NCBI GenBank assembly: GCA_036172245.1
Contig: JAYWIR010000036.1
Location: 868,001-932,000, forward strand
From: Raillietiella orientalis
Lineage: Eukaryota
DNA length: 64,000 nt
Direction of reading: 5' to 3'
This document shows, in pieces, positions 51,003 to 62,190 of this stretch. Within the stretch, counting starts at the first letter, position 1. Every line of letters starts with the position of its first letter. The notes beneath the pieces are model-generated. The model was not told where the DNA came from and did no database searches. It worked only from the letters and a program-made list of their open reading frames with translations. The position numbers and the translations under genes are program-made.

Positions 51003-52784
51003 TCACGGATCCGTTTTCGAGTGAGGTGCGAAGGGGGGGCACGCGGTCTGCAAATGCCCCCCATCCAGGTCCGCTTTCCCTCCCCCCTCCCCTCCTTCCT
51101 CTACCGTGTAGCAGCCGGCATAGACAGCGCAAGGCAGATTTCCGTTTCGATGGCAACTATCGAGTACGAAGAAAAAACAGACTTTCCCACCGCCAGCAAC
51201 TTTACCTTCCGAAATTCCACTCTCTCCAAATTGCCTGATGCCCGTTTCAAGTTTTCCCCGCTTGGAATGATCTTCGCGCGGAATGCTGCTGGAGAAAGCC
51301 GCGTACTCGCGGGAGGACATCTTCGTCGTCTCCTTTTTACAAATTTTACTGGTAAGGTTTCCTTCCCATCCTCCTCCATGCTCGGCCACGTGCACCTGGA
51401 AGGGTGGAAGGGGAGATCCCCCGACGCTTCTGCTGTCTTTCCATCCCTAAAGTGGGCATCCGAAGGAACGTGAAGGTTAATCGTTAAGGTTTGGTGCGAA
51501 CCTCACGAGCCTAGTTCCTTTGCTCAGCGAGGGAGGAGGTAGGGGTGGGGGAGAGGCGAAAGGACCGGGGTGCGATGGGAGGTTGTTACTCGCTCATGCG
51601 TTTGAACGCGTCGCATCGCTCTCCTCGCGTAAGGACCTCTCTCTTCCCTTTCGAGTGCTCGGATCGTCTGCTTTGCATAGACCCCGTGATAACAAGATCT
51701 CGTGTGCGTATGCTGAAGAAGCTGATAGAACTCCCAAGAGAAAGGGGGGGGGCGAATAGTCAGCACGCTGCTCTCGGAGCTCATGAAGAGATGACCTTTC
51801 GAGATTCTTGACTTCGAGCTCGAGAGGTGCCCTTGAAAGAAAGAGATGGCGCGGCATGAGCTGGGCTAACGAGGGAGACAGTAGAGCCTCCTCGGCGATC
51901 GACGGAGGGGAAGTCTCAGAAGAGAACTGGGGCGTAGTGGCTGCTGCTCCTTGGGAGGCGTCTGCGGTGAGGAGAAGCTCCTGGTGGTCACTTAGTTGAA
52001 CGCCAGGGCTGGAAGTCTCTGCGAAGGTAATGGAGGACTCGACTCAGCACCCTCCTGCCCGTGCCCCACAGGCCTAGTTCTCGGGTCGATGCAGTGGTCA
52101 GATGCGATACGGCAACATACAGGGCCTAGAGAACGGCATCCACTCTTGTGGTCCTTATCGGAAGGAAGAGGAAGGAGAGGCTATATCTTCGAGACTGACC
52201 GTGCAAGGATAGCGAGACGTCGTGACCTTCGTGATGTGCCTCGAACGTTCCCCCCTCAGCGAAGACAACGCCTGGAAAGTCCGCCGCGGCCATCTTAGAG
52301 CGTCTATGCCTGGCGACGTGTTGGGAACGCTGTTGTGCCTTGCTCGTGACACGCAACGCAGAACACCGGGTGACAAGTTCCAACTCCCGTATAGCCACAC
52401 CTTCCTCGACCCTCCTCGTGGTTACTCCCGGCGTGGCCGTTTCCGCGGAGGGAGCTCCGAAGCGTCATGCTGCGAGGATTGACCGACCGTTCCCAGAACG
52501 ACCACTCGAGGAACTACCCCCATGAGAAGCAGCAGGAACGTCGGAAGAGGGAGACGAGGGGGTGATGCCGGCACTGATGTGGGCTCTCGTTTCAGGGAGA
52601 GCCTCTCGAGAAGTGCCTGGGGATCCTCCTGTTCTTCTCTGCCTATTTTGTAAGCAAATTCCTTTTTCCTACTCCCTCTCGCATCTCTTCCCGCCTCTCT
52701 TCTTACAGGGGAAGAGAACAAGGGGCAGAGTTGTCGGGTAGGGACCAACGAAGAATCCTCACCAGTACAGTGCCTCCTTTCCAG

Positions 52785-53051
52785 GCCCTACACGTGTGCT
52801 TCTCGATATGGATGCTCCTGATGTTCGTGCGGCTGATTTTCATGTACATCACATTCTTGTCGGCGTTCGTCCTCCTCGTGGCCTATCTGTGCGATATGGT
52901 GAACATCCGGGTCGTGGTCGACAACGAGGAGCGGCCAGTGAGGCCGGCCTTGGTCCTCTGCGCGTTCTTCATACTGTTGCTGTACATATTCTTGGAGAGC
53001 ATAGCTCTCCAGATCGTTCACTCGTACTTCGTCGCACATTTCAAAACGTAG
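52785..53051 (+). CDS. Terminal exon of a small multi-pass membrane protein (LAPTM4/DUF4728-like architecture); upstream exons not resolved
   Basis: Acceptor cctttccag at 52784, then an 88-aa open frame with strongly hydrophobic helices (LLMFVRLIFMYITFLSAFVLLVAYLC; ALVLCAFFILLLYIFLESIALQIVHSY) and GC3-biased codons. Confidence 0.5.
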   Translation, partial: ALHVCFSIWMLLMFVRLIFMYITFLSAFVLLVAYLCDMVNIRVVVDNEERPVRPALVLCAFFILLLYIFLESIALQIVHSYFVAHFKT

Positions 53052-55786
53052 CGGGGGTGGTGGCAGCGGAGGAAGCGGAAGCGAAAATCTCTGGTTGGTG
53101 AGGTAATGCCTGATATCCACGGAAGGTCCGTCCTCAGGAATGCTGTCCGATTGTTCCGTATACTTCGAGAGCTGCTGGCAACGACGCCATCCTGGCGACA
53201 TGACAACTTCAAGTGCACCTTTCATTTGGTCAGCTCCTCTGGAAGATTGTTCCCCTCTGTCACCACAACTGGAGTCGTGTTTTAAAGGAAAGGCAAAATT
53301 AAGTAAGAAATTTGCTCCATCTAGCTTACCAAGTTGTACAGATGGTGGAGGGATGAACACGCAGTACGCAACTTGGGCTTTAGTCGCCAGTTTTGAAATC
53401 AGAATAAGAGACAATTTAAGAGATTAAACTGCAAAGACGAACGGCAACAAGAGGATCTGATCTACCCTGGCTCATTTGTTAAGAAATTACATCAGCTAAT
53501 GAACGTCCAAATGAAAGATGCAGTCAACTCCACACTAAACACAGTACGATTCAACAACTACTTGGCATTTAAAAATATACACTGCCCGTAGAGTATGGAT
53601 TCATATTTTAATTTTCTTCAATAGTTGACAGGATTAGCTGGCAATGTGCTAGTTTCAATTAGCAGTTCGTCGTAAAAATAAGATGGAGAACACAGTGAAC
53701 CTTCTTGAAGAGAACAAGGATTTGTTTATGGATAGGAAACGTTTGTTATGGAGACCTTACATGAAAATGAAAATAATTCAAGAGTTCTCATAGCGATCAG
53801 TGATCTTTGCTGACACTTATAGCTTGAATTTCCGAATGTTAAGGTTATTATTGACACGTAGAACACAATGCATAATAACAAAAAACTTTTTCTCTCATGC
53901 TGATCCTTTATTAACTTCAGTTCTGTGGCTGTCTGAAAACTGAAGATATGTGTTAAATAGAACAAAAGCTTCTGACCGTTTGAAAGACACGCACACACAC
54001 ATCTTTGCACAACTACATCTTTGCATCTTAATAAATGAATTAACTATTGCTTTTGTTTAATAGGAAACAAAAGCTCCAAATTTACAAACCAATTGTAATG
54101 TTCGTCATTTATAAGAACGTCATTCAAAAATTAAATTTGCTCTGCCGTTTCAAGCTGTTGCTAATAAGAATCACTATGGAGAAATCCTGACGACGAGCCA
54201 ACGAATCAAAAAGCTAAAGTAACTACCTCTCTTTTAAACTGTTATGAAAATGCTCAAAAAAAAAAAGAGGAACAGAGGAAATTAGGCAATTACAGAGAAT
54301 CCGTTTTTTAATAGTCATATTGACATACTGTAAGGTTCTAGACTGCATTTCAGGTTTCAGAACATCGCCAAGTATTTAATGGAAGAAATAATTGTACAAA
54401 TGGTTGCATAATTCTAACCTAATGAGGTCTGCATTATTTTCACCCGCATAATTATTGGCTGCATTACTGTGACTAATAAAAATGATCGGAATATGAATGC
54501 AAAAATCACATTTTGTTTCGCGATACGGAAGTTTGAAAATCATTTCATTTCATCAAATCTCATTTCCATGAGTGCATATCAAAATTAAATGATCCTTGAA
54601 ATCAACTACAATATTTGCCGTGTTTCTCTGAAGAAAGATTCTCAATAAGGCTTTACTCTTAAATCCGGCAGCTTTTAGATCTTTTGGATCTTAAGTATAT
54701 GAATGATAGAAAAGAAATTTCATCCACTTTTAACGTTTTGCATCATTAGATGCCGAGCGTCAGCATCAAAGGAATGGTGGACTCAATTATCACCTACAAA
54801 ACGAAGCAAAACTGATTTTTTTCCTTGAGATAAGAAACTGAAGCAGGCCTTGAATTTCTACCACGACATTTTCTATGCAACACTATGCCATTCAATGAGA
54901 GTTTAGTAATATATTCAGTTTTTTTAAAATATGTTAAGGTTTATTAATATATTTGGTATTGTCATAAAATGGATGCATGTGGTAACTCTGGCAGCCAATT
55001 GTAGATTATCTTAGGGAACGGATCAGGTAATGACAAAAAATGATTTCCGGGCTTTTTGATTCCAACGTGCCCAAGACTGGTAGTCCAGCAGCGAGTCTTT
55101 CCTTTCCAAGTCAGCGGGGGGGTTGCAGGCAGATTCTCCCTAGTCATCTGCATTGGAATGTGCTTACCAAGTATTTAATTAGCCTGTTTGTTTATTTTTC
55201 TATAGATAAAAGTGTTCGCCCTTCCCATGTATTGTAGTCTAATAAACCCAATGTGAAGGCATGGTTCTTGACAAGTTAATAATCACCGTAAACTTTCAAC
55301 AACGTTCTGAATGCGTTTCGTTTGTATTCTTCAAAATACGAAGATTTTCAAGCAGCGGGTTACAATCTTTCAGCAGAGTTTGAAAATGAATAATAGCAGT
55401 GAAAATCTTGTGATAGCATCATGCATTGTGCTTTAATGAGCAAAACGCCACCACAAGAGCATGATCCTCTGCTTAGGCCATGAATGACACGTAAAAGCTC
55501 GTTGATTGTATACATAATCGAGTAAAGCTAAGTAATTTTTCACCGAAGATTCAAATATTGGAAGTGTTGTACAGGTGTTCACTAATAGTTCTGGCTCTTT
55601 GCTGATGATAATCCAGCCGTGGCTTACTGTGGTGGTTTAAGTATAGTAAAGCTTTTCTTTGGGATAGGTCTTGCTATTTTTCAAGTACTTTTATTCCTTT
55701 GTGCTGAACTCAGCATACAAGAAAATACAAAAGAAATATGTGGTTTCATATGATCAGTGGTTGTCACATGTAATTAGATGTAAACC

Positions 55787-56732
55787 ATGAATGGTCATAT
55801 GAATTCCATGCTGAAATTGCTCCCACCTTATGATACTGCAACTATTGTATTAAAAACAATCATCGCAAACTTACCGGACATTTTTTCTGATGTATCTACT
55901 GTTGGAACAAAGCTGTCTCATTTTTTTAAATTTATTGCCTTATTTAGAAATCATTTTGCTAACCAGAAAGTGGTAAGTGCTCTCTATGTCAAATACATTT
56001 GATTAAATTTTTTTTCATTCCCCGAGAATTCAAATGTGAATGTATTCTTAGATGCCAAAAGCTGCAGAGCAGTTAATACATCAACTTTTGAATGGAATCT
56101 TCAGCAGTTGTTCTATTCAAAACATTTTATCAGCTGGTTCCATATCATTCTTATTGCAATCTTTAGAAGGTTACTCAAGTTTTTGTTAAAACCTAAGCCT
56201 TAAGATGTGTTTAGATAATCAGTTGCCTCCAAGTATTGTTCAGCTTATGTTAGAAGAAGAAGATGTGATGCGATATGTACTTGTAAAACATATTAAGGTG
56301 CAATTGCCAGTTGCATCTAAGTTTTGCCATCCAGTTCCTCAGGATACAGATTCGTTAATGCTGTGTATCTATGGTTATTTGGACTCTGTAGCCTGTGAGC
56401 CTTCAAAGAAGCTAACTTGGTCTGTTGTTGCTAAAGTGCAACTTCACCAAATCCTCCAAGTCATCCTCAACAGTGCTAACTATAGTTTGCCAATGTTTTT
56501 GATTGTTCTTGGTTTTATATACAGCCAATTTGAATTTAATATCCCAAATCACGTGGCTGCAATATGCAGTGTGTATTGGTTATATCAGGGTTATGTGAAT
56601 CATGCAGGAAGAGCTACCTGGTTGCAAAAGAGGAATTTGGAAGCTATGTTTGATTGGGTTATATTGCACAAACTTAATGGATGTTGTAACAGAAAGGAAC
56701 TGCAAAATATTTTGAATCTCTCTCTAATATGA
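55787..56732 (+). CDS. Unidentified, probably alpha-helical protein, at least 273 aa. Exons 55787-55972, 56052-56169, 56215-56732; 5' end uncertain
   Basis: Three exons joined by phase-compatible GT-AG introns of 79 and 45 nt give one open frame (822 nt). No recognised motif. Confidence 0.6.
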
Positions 56733-56852
56733 ATATACAAATGTACACAAGTGTAAAACACTTAGAATTTTTATTTTTGTATTCCGAACAAGATGTCTCA
56801 GTTTACAGGAATGACTGATTACACAAGGTATCCATTCACATCCACTTGCTGC

Positions 56853-57105
56853 TCAAAACAATACACAATTACTTTTTTCTCGAAATGGATTTGCTTTTTG
56901 AGTGCTGAAACCTACCAAAAGGTAATCTTCTTCTTCATGATCAGTTATGTACTTCTAAAATGAGATTGCATGAGCATGGTGATGCAAGGATACCTGCACT
57001 TGTTACCTTGATTTCATTTATGGCTTGACTGACACGCATACGAGGAACACTAGCTTCCCTCCTCAACTGCTCCACTAGAAACCTATGATGCTGTAAATTC
57101 GACAT
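56853..57105 (-). CDS. Ggamma1: Heterotrimeric G protein gamma-1 subunit, 66 aa. Exons 57105-57007, 56954-56853
   Basis: MSNLQHHRFLVEQLRREASVPRMRVSQAINEIK|KYITDHEEEDYLLVGFSTQKANPFREKSNCVLF*. GGL domain with NPF and CAAX box, closely resembling insect Ggamma1. 52-nt intron; minus-strand AATAAA at 56775-56770. Absent from the ORF track. Confidence 0.95.
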
Positions 57106-58626
57106 ATTGTATTACTTAACACTGCGTAAATAACCTAGACAACAAAATTTGCTTCATTATTTTGTCATCATACATTAACATGAATAAACAAACATAAAAG
57201 CAAGACCGCAACCTTAACTTCTTTATCTATTAAAAAGAGAAACTTTACTAAGATTCTGAAACATTATTAGGCTTATTGCAGCACGTGGGAAATATATTTC
57301 CCTATGTAGTGCAAAGTTCCCAATAATATTCATAGTGCATCATTATTATCAAGGGGACTTTCTGTTGAACACTTACCAAACGGAAATAACTGCAAGTTAC
57401 GACAATTTAAATCAAATTAGTATCAGCTCATAAAGTTTTCCGCTTTCCAGCCTGTATTTACTAATAATTTCTTGAAAGTTATCAGAAGTGCACAGTGTTA
57501 CCAAAAACTTTTCAGTTTTGATTTGCTCATCTTTGAAATAAGAATTATGTCGCATTTTTTCTTCCTAAACACATCTTCGCATTCTTATATTTTTTAAAGA
57601 ACGGAAAATATTTGATTTCAAATGTAGATGCCACATGTTCTACATTAAAAATAAACAATTATATACATAAAAGTATCAAACCTCTAATGTCGCTTTTCAA
57701 ATTTCTTGAAGACTAATTTTCCAACTTTCAAGATTACACAAAACTCAACCAGGGGAAAACTGCATTGAGAATAATTCAAATTTATATGATAAAAAGCAAT
57801 GAGTTTAATTGAGAGCCCGACATAGGGAGGGCAGTCGTCCTGCAGGCATGAAAATCAACAGCCTGAGATCGTGCCATCGTTCTTGACAGAGGGTTTCCAT
57901 AAAAATGTCTTATCAAAAAATAAAGATCAATTAGGATGTAGTGTGCCCGAGATAGAACCTATTGTGAGTCCATATATTGACAAACGATTGACAGCATGAA
58001 TTTTATTCACAGGAAGTTGGTCCTTCTGAAAGCTGAACCTTTAGAAAATTAATTTCTTCACAAACACGAACGAACACACAGATGACATAGAAGCACTCAA
58101 TTCTTGTGTCTTAGATTTGAGGCAATTCTCTTTTACCTATAAGATTGTTTATTCTATAAATGAAGAGGATATTTTCTAGATGAAATAAACATGATCATAA
58201 TCCACGCAATATTTAAAAACAATCAACTTCCTGGAAGGTAAGCAATATCCACGATGAAGGTCCTCCTTCAGTTTCATGGGATATAAGATTTTCCGAAATA
58301 CATTTGAGGTCATCTTTGTCTTTATTAAGCAGAGTTATTACAAACTGGATTTGGATTGTGGGTGTCCACGTGTGATTTATATGAAAAAAAAATATTCGGA
58401 GCAACTGCATCACGTGTAAACTGTTTTCCACTCAATCTTCATCATCACTAATTTCCCTACAAACAGCTCATGAAATGGTAAACAAAAAATAAATATCAAT
58501 TTATTGTTTAAGTAAAGACTTTACAAAACAACTGAATTTAACAAATTTCAGTTAACATCAAGACAGCTGTTTCTATGAGACTGAAGCGAGACATTAGAAA
58601 CTTCTCTTAGATGCTCAATTATTTTT

Positions 58627-60200
58627 TTAACTGGAAAATACTGGGATATATGTCTCTAAAAAATCTGGAAATGAGTCGAGGTTAAGCACTGCTGATAGTT
58701 GATCCATTTCTATGTTTTTTATTGCATCTTCAGTTGGCGAAATGACGTGCGCGTGTGAAAATTCGACAATTTTCCAGAAAGGAATAATTGGAATTATTCC
58801 AGGAAAGTTTGATATCTCATTGGTATCACTGTGGCAGAAGAATTCGAACACCACCCGAGCTTAGCGTTGTGCTCGCTGTGGGCTCACAATACTTGGTTTC
58901 CAAGCGTTGTATTCAACTGATGGGTGGATCAATGCTCCCGTGCAGTCAGCGGTGAACAGTGTCTGTAAATGTGGAAGATTAACTGGACAGTCTTCCAGAG
59001 AACTGAAACAGCCAAGTGCCGCGATAGTCAGTGCAGCAAAAAGGGAAACCGGCTGCCAGAGATGAACGTCCACTCCACGACGGCAAGGTTCCACAAGACG
59101 GTGGTGGTATCGGTTGCGGTGGCTTCTAATGCACCGGAAGCAAATAAAGGAAGGAGGCAGCAACCCTTCATCTTTAAGGTCGAGCATATGGATGAACTCA
59201 TCTTGAATGTGGGTCCTTAGGTCGAAGTGGATGGCCTTCAATAAGGGTCAGGGTGGTGAAGGATATCTACATCTCCCTGTATCAGCAAAGCGTGGGCTTC
59301 TAGAAAGTACGGATCACGGTTCCTCTCTCTCTGGGGTCCAGGACATACAAAAACTTTGAAAAGGTGGCTGATGTGCGTTAACTGAGCACGTCATCAGCCT
59401 CGACAGGAAGGTATTGCGCAGCATCAACGAGATGGCGACCGCGACAGTGTTCCTGCCCCACGTCAGTCATCATATTCCAGCGAGAAGGCGACCCGAAATC
59501 CTCGCGGGGAAGACCTCCTCGGAGCGAAAGTTGAAGTCAATGATAGACGCGGTCATTCCTGGGACCGCGAACAGTGATGAGCACTTCCAGGAAGTAACCT
59601 CGAAAATACCGACAAAAGCCGGGTCTTTTGCTTTGACTGCAAATACTTTTGCAAGAAGCCGTAGAACAAGAAGAGCCACCACACAGAGCACTCGCAGTGG
59701 CCTCGACACAGGGAGAAACTCATCTTTGTCGCTGTGGAAAGCGGAAACCACAACGAGAAGAAACTGACTCGGGCAGAAACGGACCACGGACGCAGCGTTC
59801 GTCCAGACGGGAGGAAAGTCGAAGAAGGGCGGATCAACAAGGCGTGTCCCTCAAACCCGGCCAGAAAGCTCAGGCTTTTCGGCCGGGCTTGCAGCCCGAT
59901 GCAAGGAGCGCAAGTGCAATCGCTGAACGAAACGGCCCGTTGCCAGGCAGCGAGGCGGGCAATGGAACAAGCTGGAAGTCCCTGTGAGTAAGGAAAAACT
60001 CCCCGAGGCGGAAAACGGCCGCCGAAAACCTCTTTCCTGACGGCTGCTAGAAGTGGTGTCAGCACCAGGTCAACACCGCTGTCAACGTCGGGGGTAGAGC
60101 ACGAACGCTTGGTTGCGAAAATGTGCAAGACATTAAGGGAGGGGAAGGAGACACTTTCACATTCCTTTGTTCTCTTTCGGAATTGCAGCCTGGTTGCCAT
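58627..60200 (-). pseudogene. Frameshifted, spliced remnant of an unidentified helical protein gene
   Basis: Consecutive protein-like minus-strand ORFs in shifting frames (59553-60239, 59470-59787, 58861-59241, 58627-58854) and a 48-nt GT...CAG intron-like segment near 60029-59982. Family not recognised. Confidence 0.35.
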
Positions 60201-61283
60201 TCCGGATAAGACTACTCCGCCACTTGTCGGACTGGGCAAAATTGGGGCGTTCGTATCCCCAGCATTTGTTTATCAGCACCGTTAGAATAGAATGCAGACA
60301 ATGGAAATGTTATGTCGGTTAATGGCAAACGCACGATAATCCACAAAACTGATCTTCCTGACGTACGAAACATCAATCAGCCCCTCCCCCCTCCTCCCCA
60401 CTTTTGCTCTCGACCTACACTCATCCACTGCACCCATCACCCCTATAATCATTACGTGCTTCGTAAGGATCCATCTGAGCTACCGAACGCACCAGTACTT
60501 GCTGTTCCTTACCCACACATTCTTCTTCTTGAATAGAGTACAAATTCCAGTCAGCCCCATTATTACTCCCGTTACCCCAACTCCTAGGAGAAACCACTCC
60601 TGTAGAGGAACCACCAAAACTCCGGACTACAGGACCCAGCTCGCTTCCTATCAATTCGCGATACCCTCCACACAACAGCTCTAACCCGTCACTTCCAGGC
60701 TGTGGTACTCCGCTTCCACCTCGTTTTTTTTTTTTTTTTTTCTGTTTGGTTGACTGAGTTCCTCAAGAGCCGTCGCGCCCTTGGTGGCTCAAGCAGCTCT
60801 TTAACACTGTCCCACGCCATCCGAAGGTGCGGTCCACCTCGTCCGTCCCCTCCTGCCGCTGGATCCCCCCTAAACTTTCACGCGCAATTATTAATTGCAA
60901 CCATTTTTCAGTCAGTCATTTGCAGCAGTCATCCGTCAGGCCTGGCGTCGTAAGAAGTCGTTAGCTGCGACGGTTGATTCGAACATTCTGCCTTTATCCC
61001 CCTCGTTCCTCTACGTGAGGTTCTCCATCGCGGAAGAGAGGTACATTAGCCAGGTTTAACCAGATAGGTACAATACAGCAGGAGCACATACATCATCACG
61101 TGAGGCACGTTCCGCATTATTCTCCGCATTATTCTACGAGTCCTGTGGGTAAATTCCATAGCATCTGCAAAAGATACAAACTGTATCTTTAGCGTTATGA
61201 ATGCGGAAGAATTACTTGAAATGGGAGGGAGGGCCGCGGATTAAAAGTGCGCGCGTATTGTTTCAATTTAAATTTCATTCTGT

Positions 61284-62190
61284 TTTATTATTATTATTTT
61301 TTTTTAAAAAAAGCCTTGAGGGTTGTTTCATGGATCGAAACAACTCTGTACATTCCGCTCCCTCCTTCTCGGTGTTGGACAATGCATCTTCTTGCACTGC
61401 CTCATTCGCGAAAGTGTGAATGGGATTGAATCCAAGATGCTCAAATCAGATGTTCGTGTTCTCTCGGGGAAACGCCGGAACACTGCGCCGGAAAAATAGA
61501 CATATAGGTCACTGGGAGGACGCTTGGCCCTGCCACTTTATAAATATATCAAAAAGGAACCTGCGGAGAACCGGCACGCTGGCCGGCGAGGATCGCCTCC
61601 GCAGCACAGGAGAAGGGGAAACAGCAAAAAAAGAAAAATGAAACAAAAAATATGTATACAAAAAAAAATAGGGAGGTTCGGGAAGGGATCACCGGGTGCT
61701 GGAGGGCTTCCTCTGCATCCTCGTAAGGATGCCGGCAAGTTCCTGTTTCAAGACTCCCAGATGGGACCATCTTGACGCTGTCCACACGAGGAGGACAGAG
61801 AAATAGATGGCTTCCCTATCGTTCTGGCTTTCCCTGGGGCTGCTCCATGCAGCCACGGTCCAGCGTGGGCAGCAGAGAGCTGCTAGGGATGAGGGCGTCG
61901 TGCAGGAAGAGGTGCTTCACATCGTCTCTGGGGGTTGTCCTTAGGGATCCTCAGGGACGCGGCAAAGCCTTCCCACAGGGAGCGGAGAGTCACACTATCC
62001 ACGAGCAGGTGCAGGAGGGACTCTCTTTCGCCACATCTGCTGCAGTTGGGGCTCACCTATTCCCCTGGGTCCAATGGTGTCGGCGGACGTTGCACGGGAG
62101 ATCCCAGTGCGACAGAAGGATTGCCGACTCCTGCCACTCTAAGGGGAGGGTTGCACTGTTCCAGCACGCTGGTTGATCGCGTTGTGTAAC
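61284..62190 (-). mobile_element. 5'-truncated, degenerate L1/Tx1-clade non-LTR retrotransposon (3' end only)
   Basis: Minus strand near 62140-61960 reads LSHWDLPCNVRRHHW..VSPNCSRCGERESLLHLLVDSVTLRSLW, the zf-RVT C-terminal zinc knuckle (last Cys replaced by Ser, one frameshift). It is followed by a 3' UTR and an A/(AAT)n tail near 61305-61284. Confidence 0.7.

Noticed and set aside
58627..60239. Possible reverse transcriptase or LINE ORF
   Set aside because: No YADD, QG or endonuclease motifs found in the frames read; treated as an unidentified remnant.
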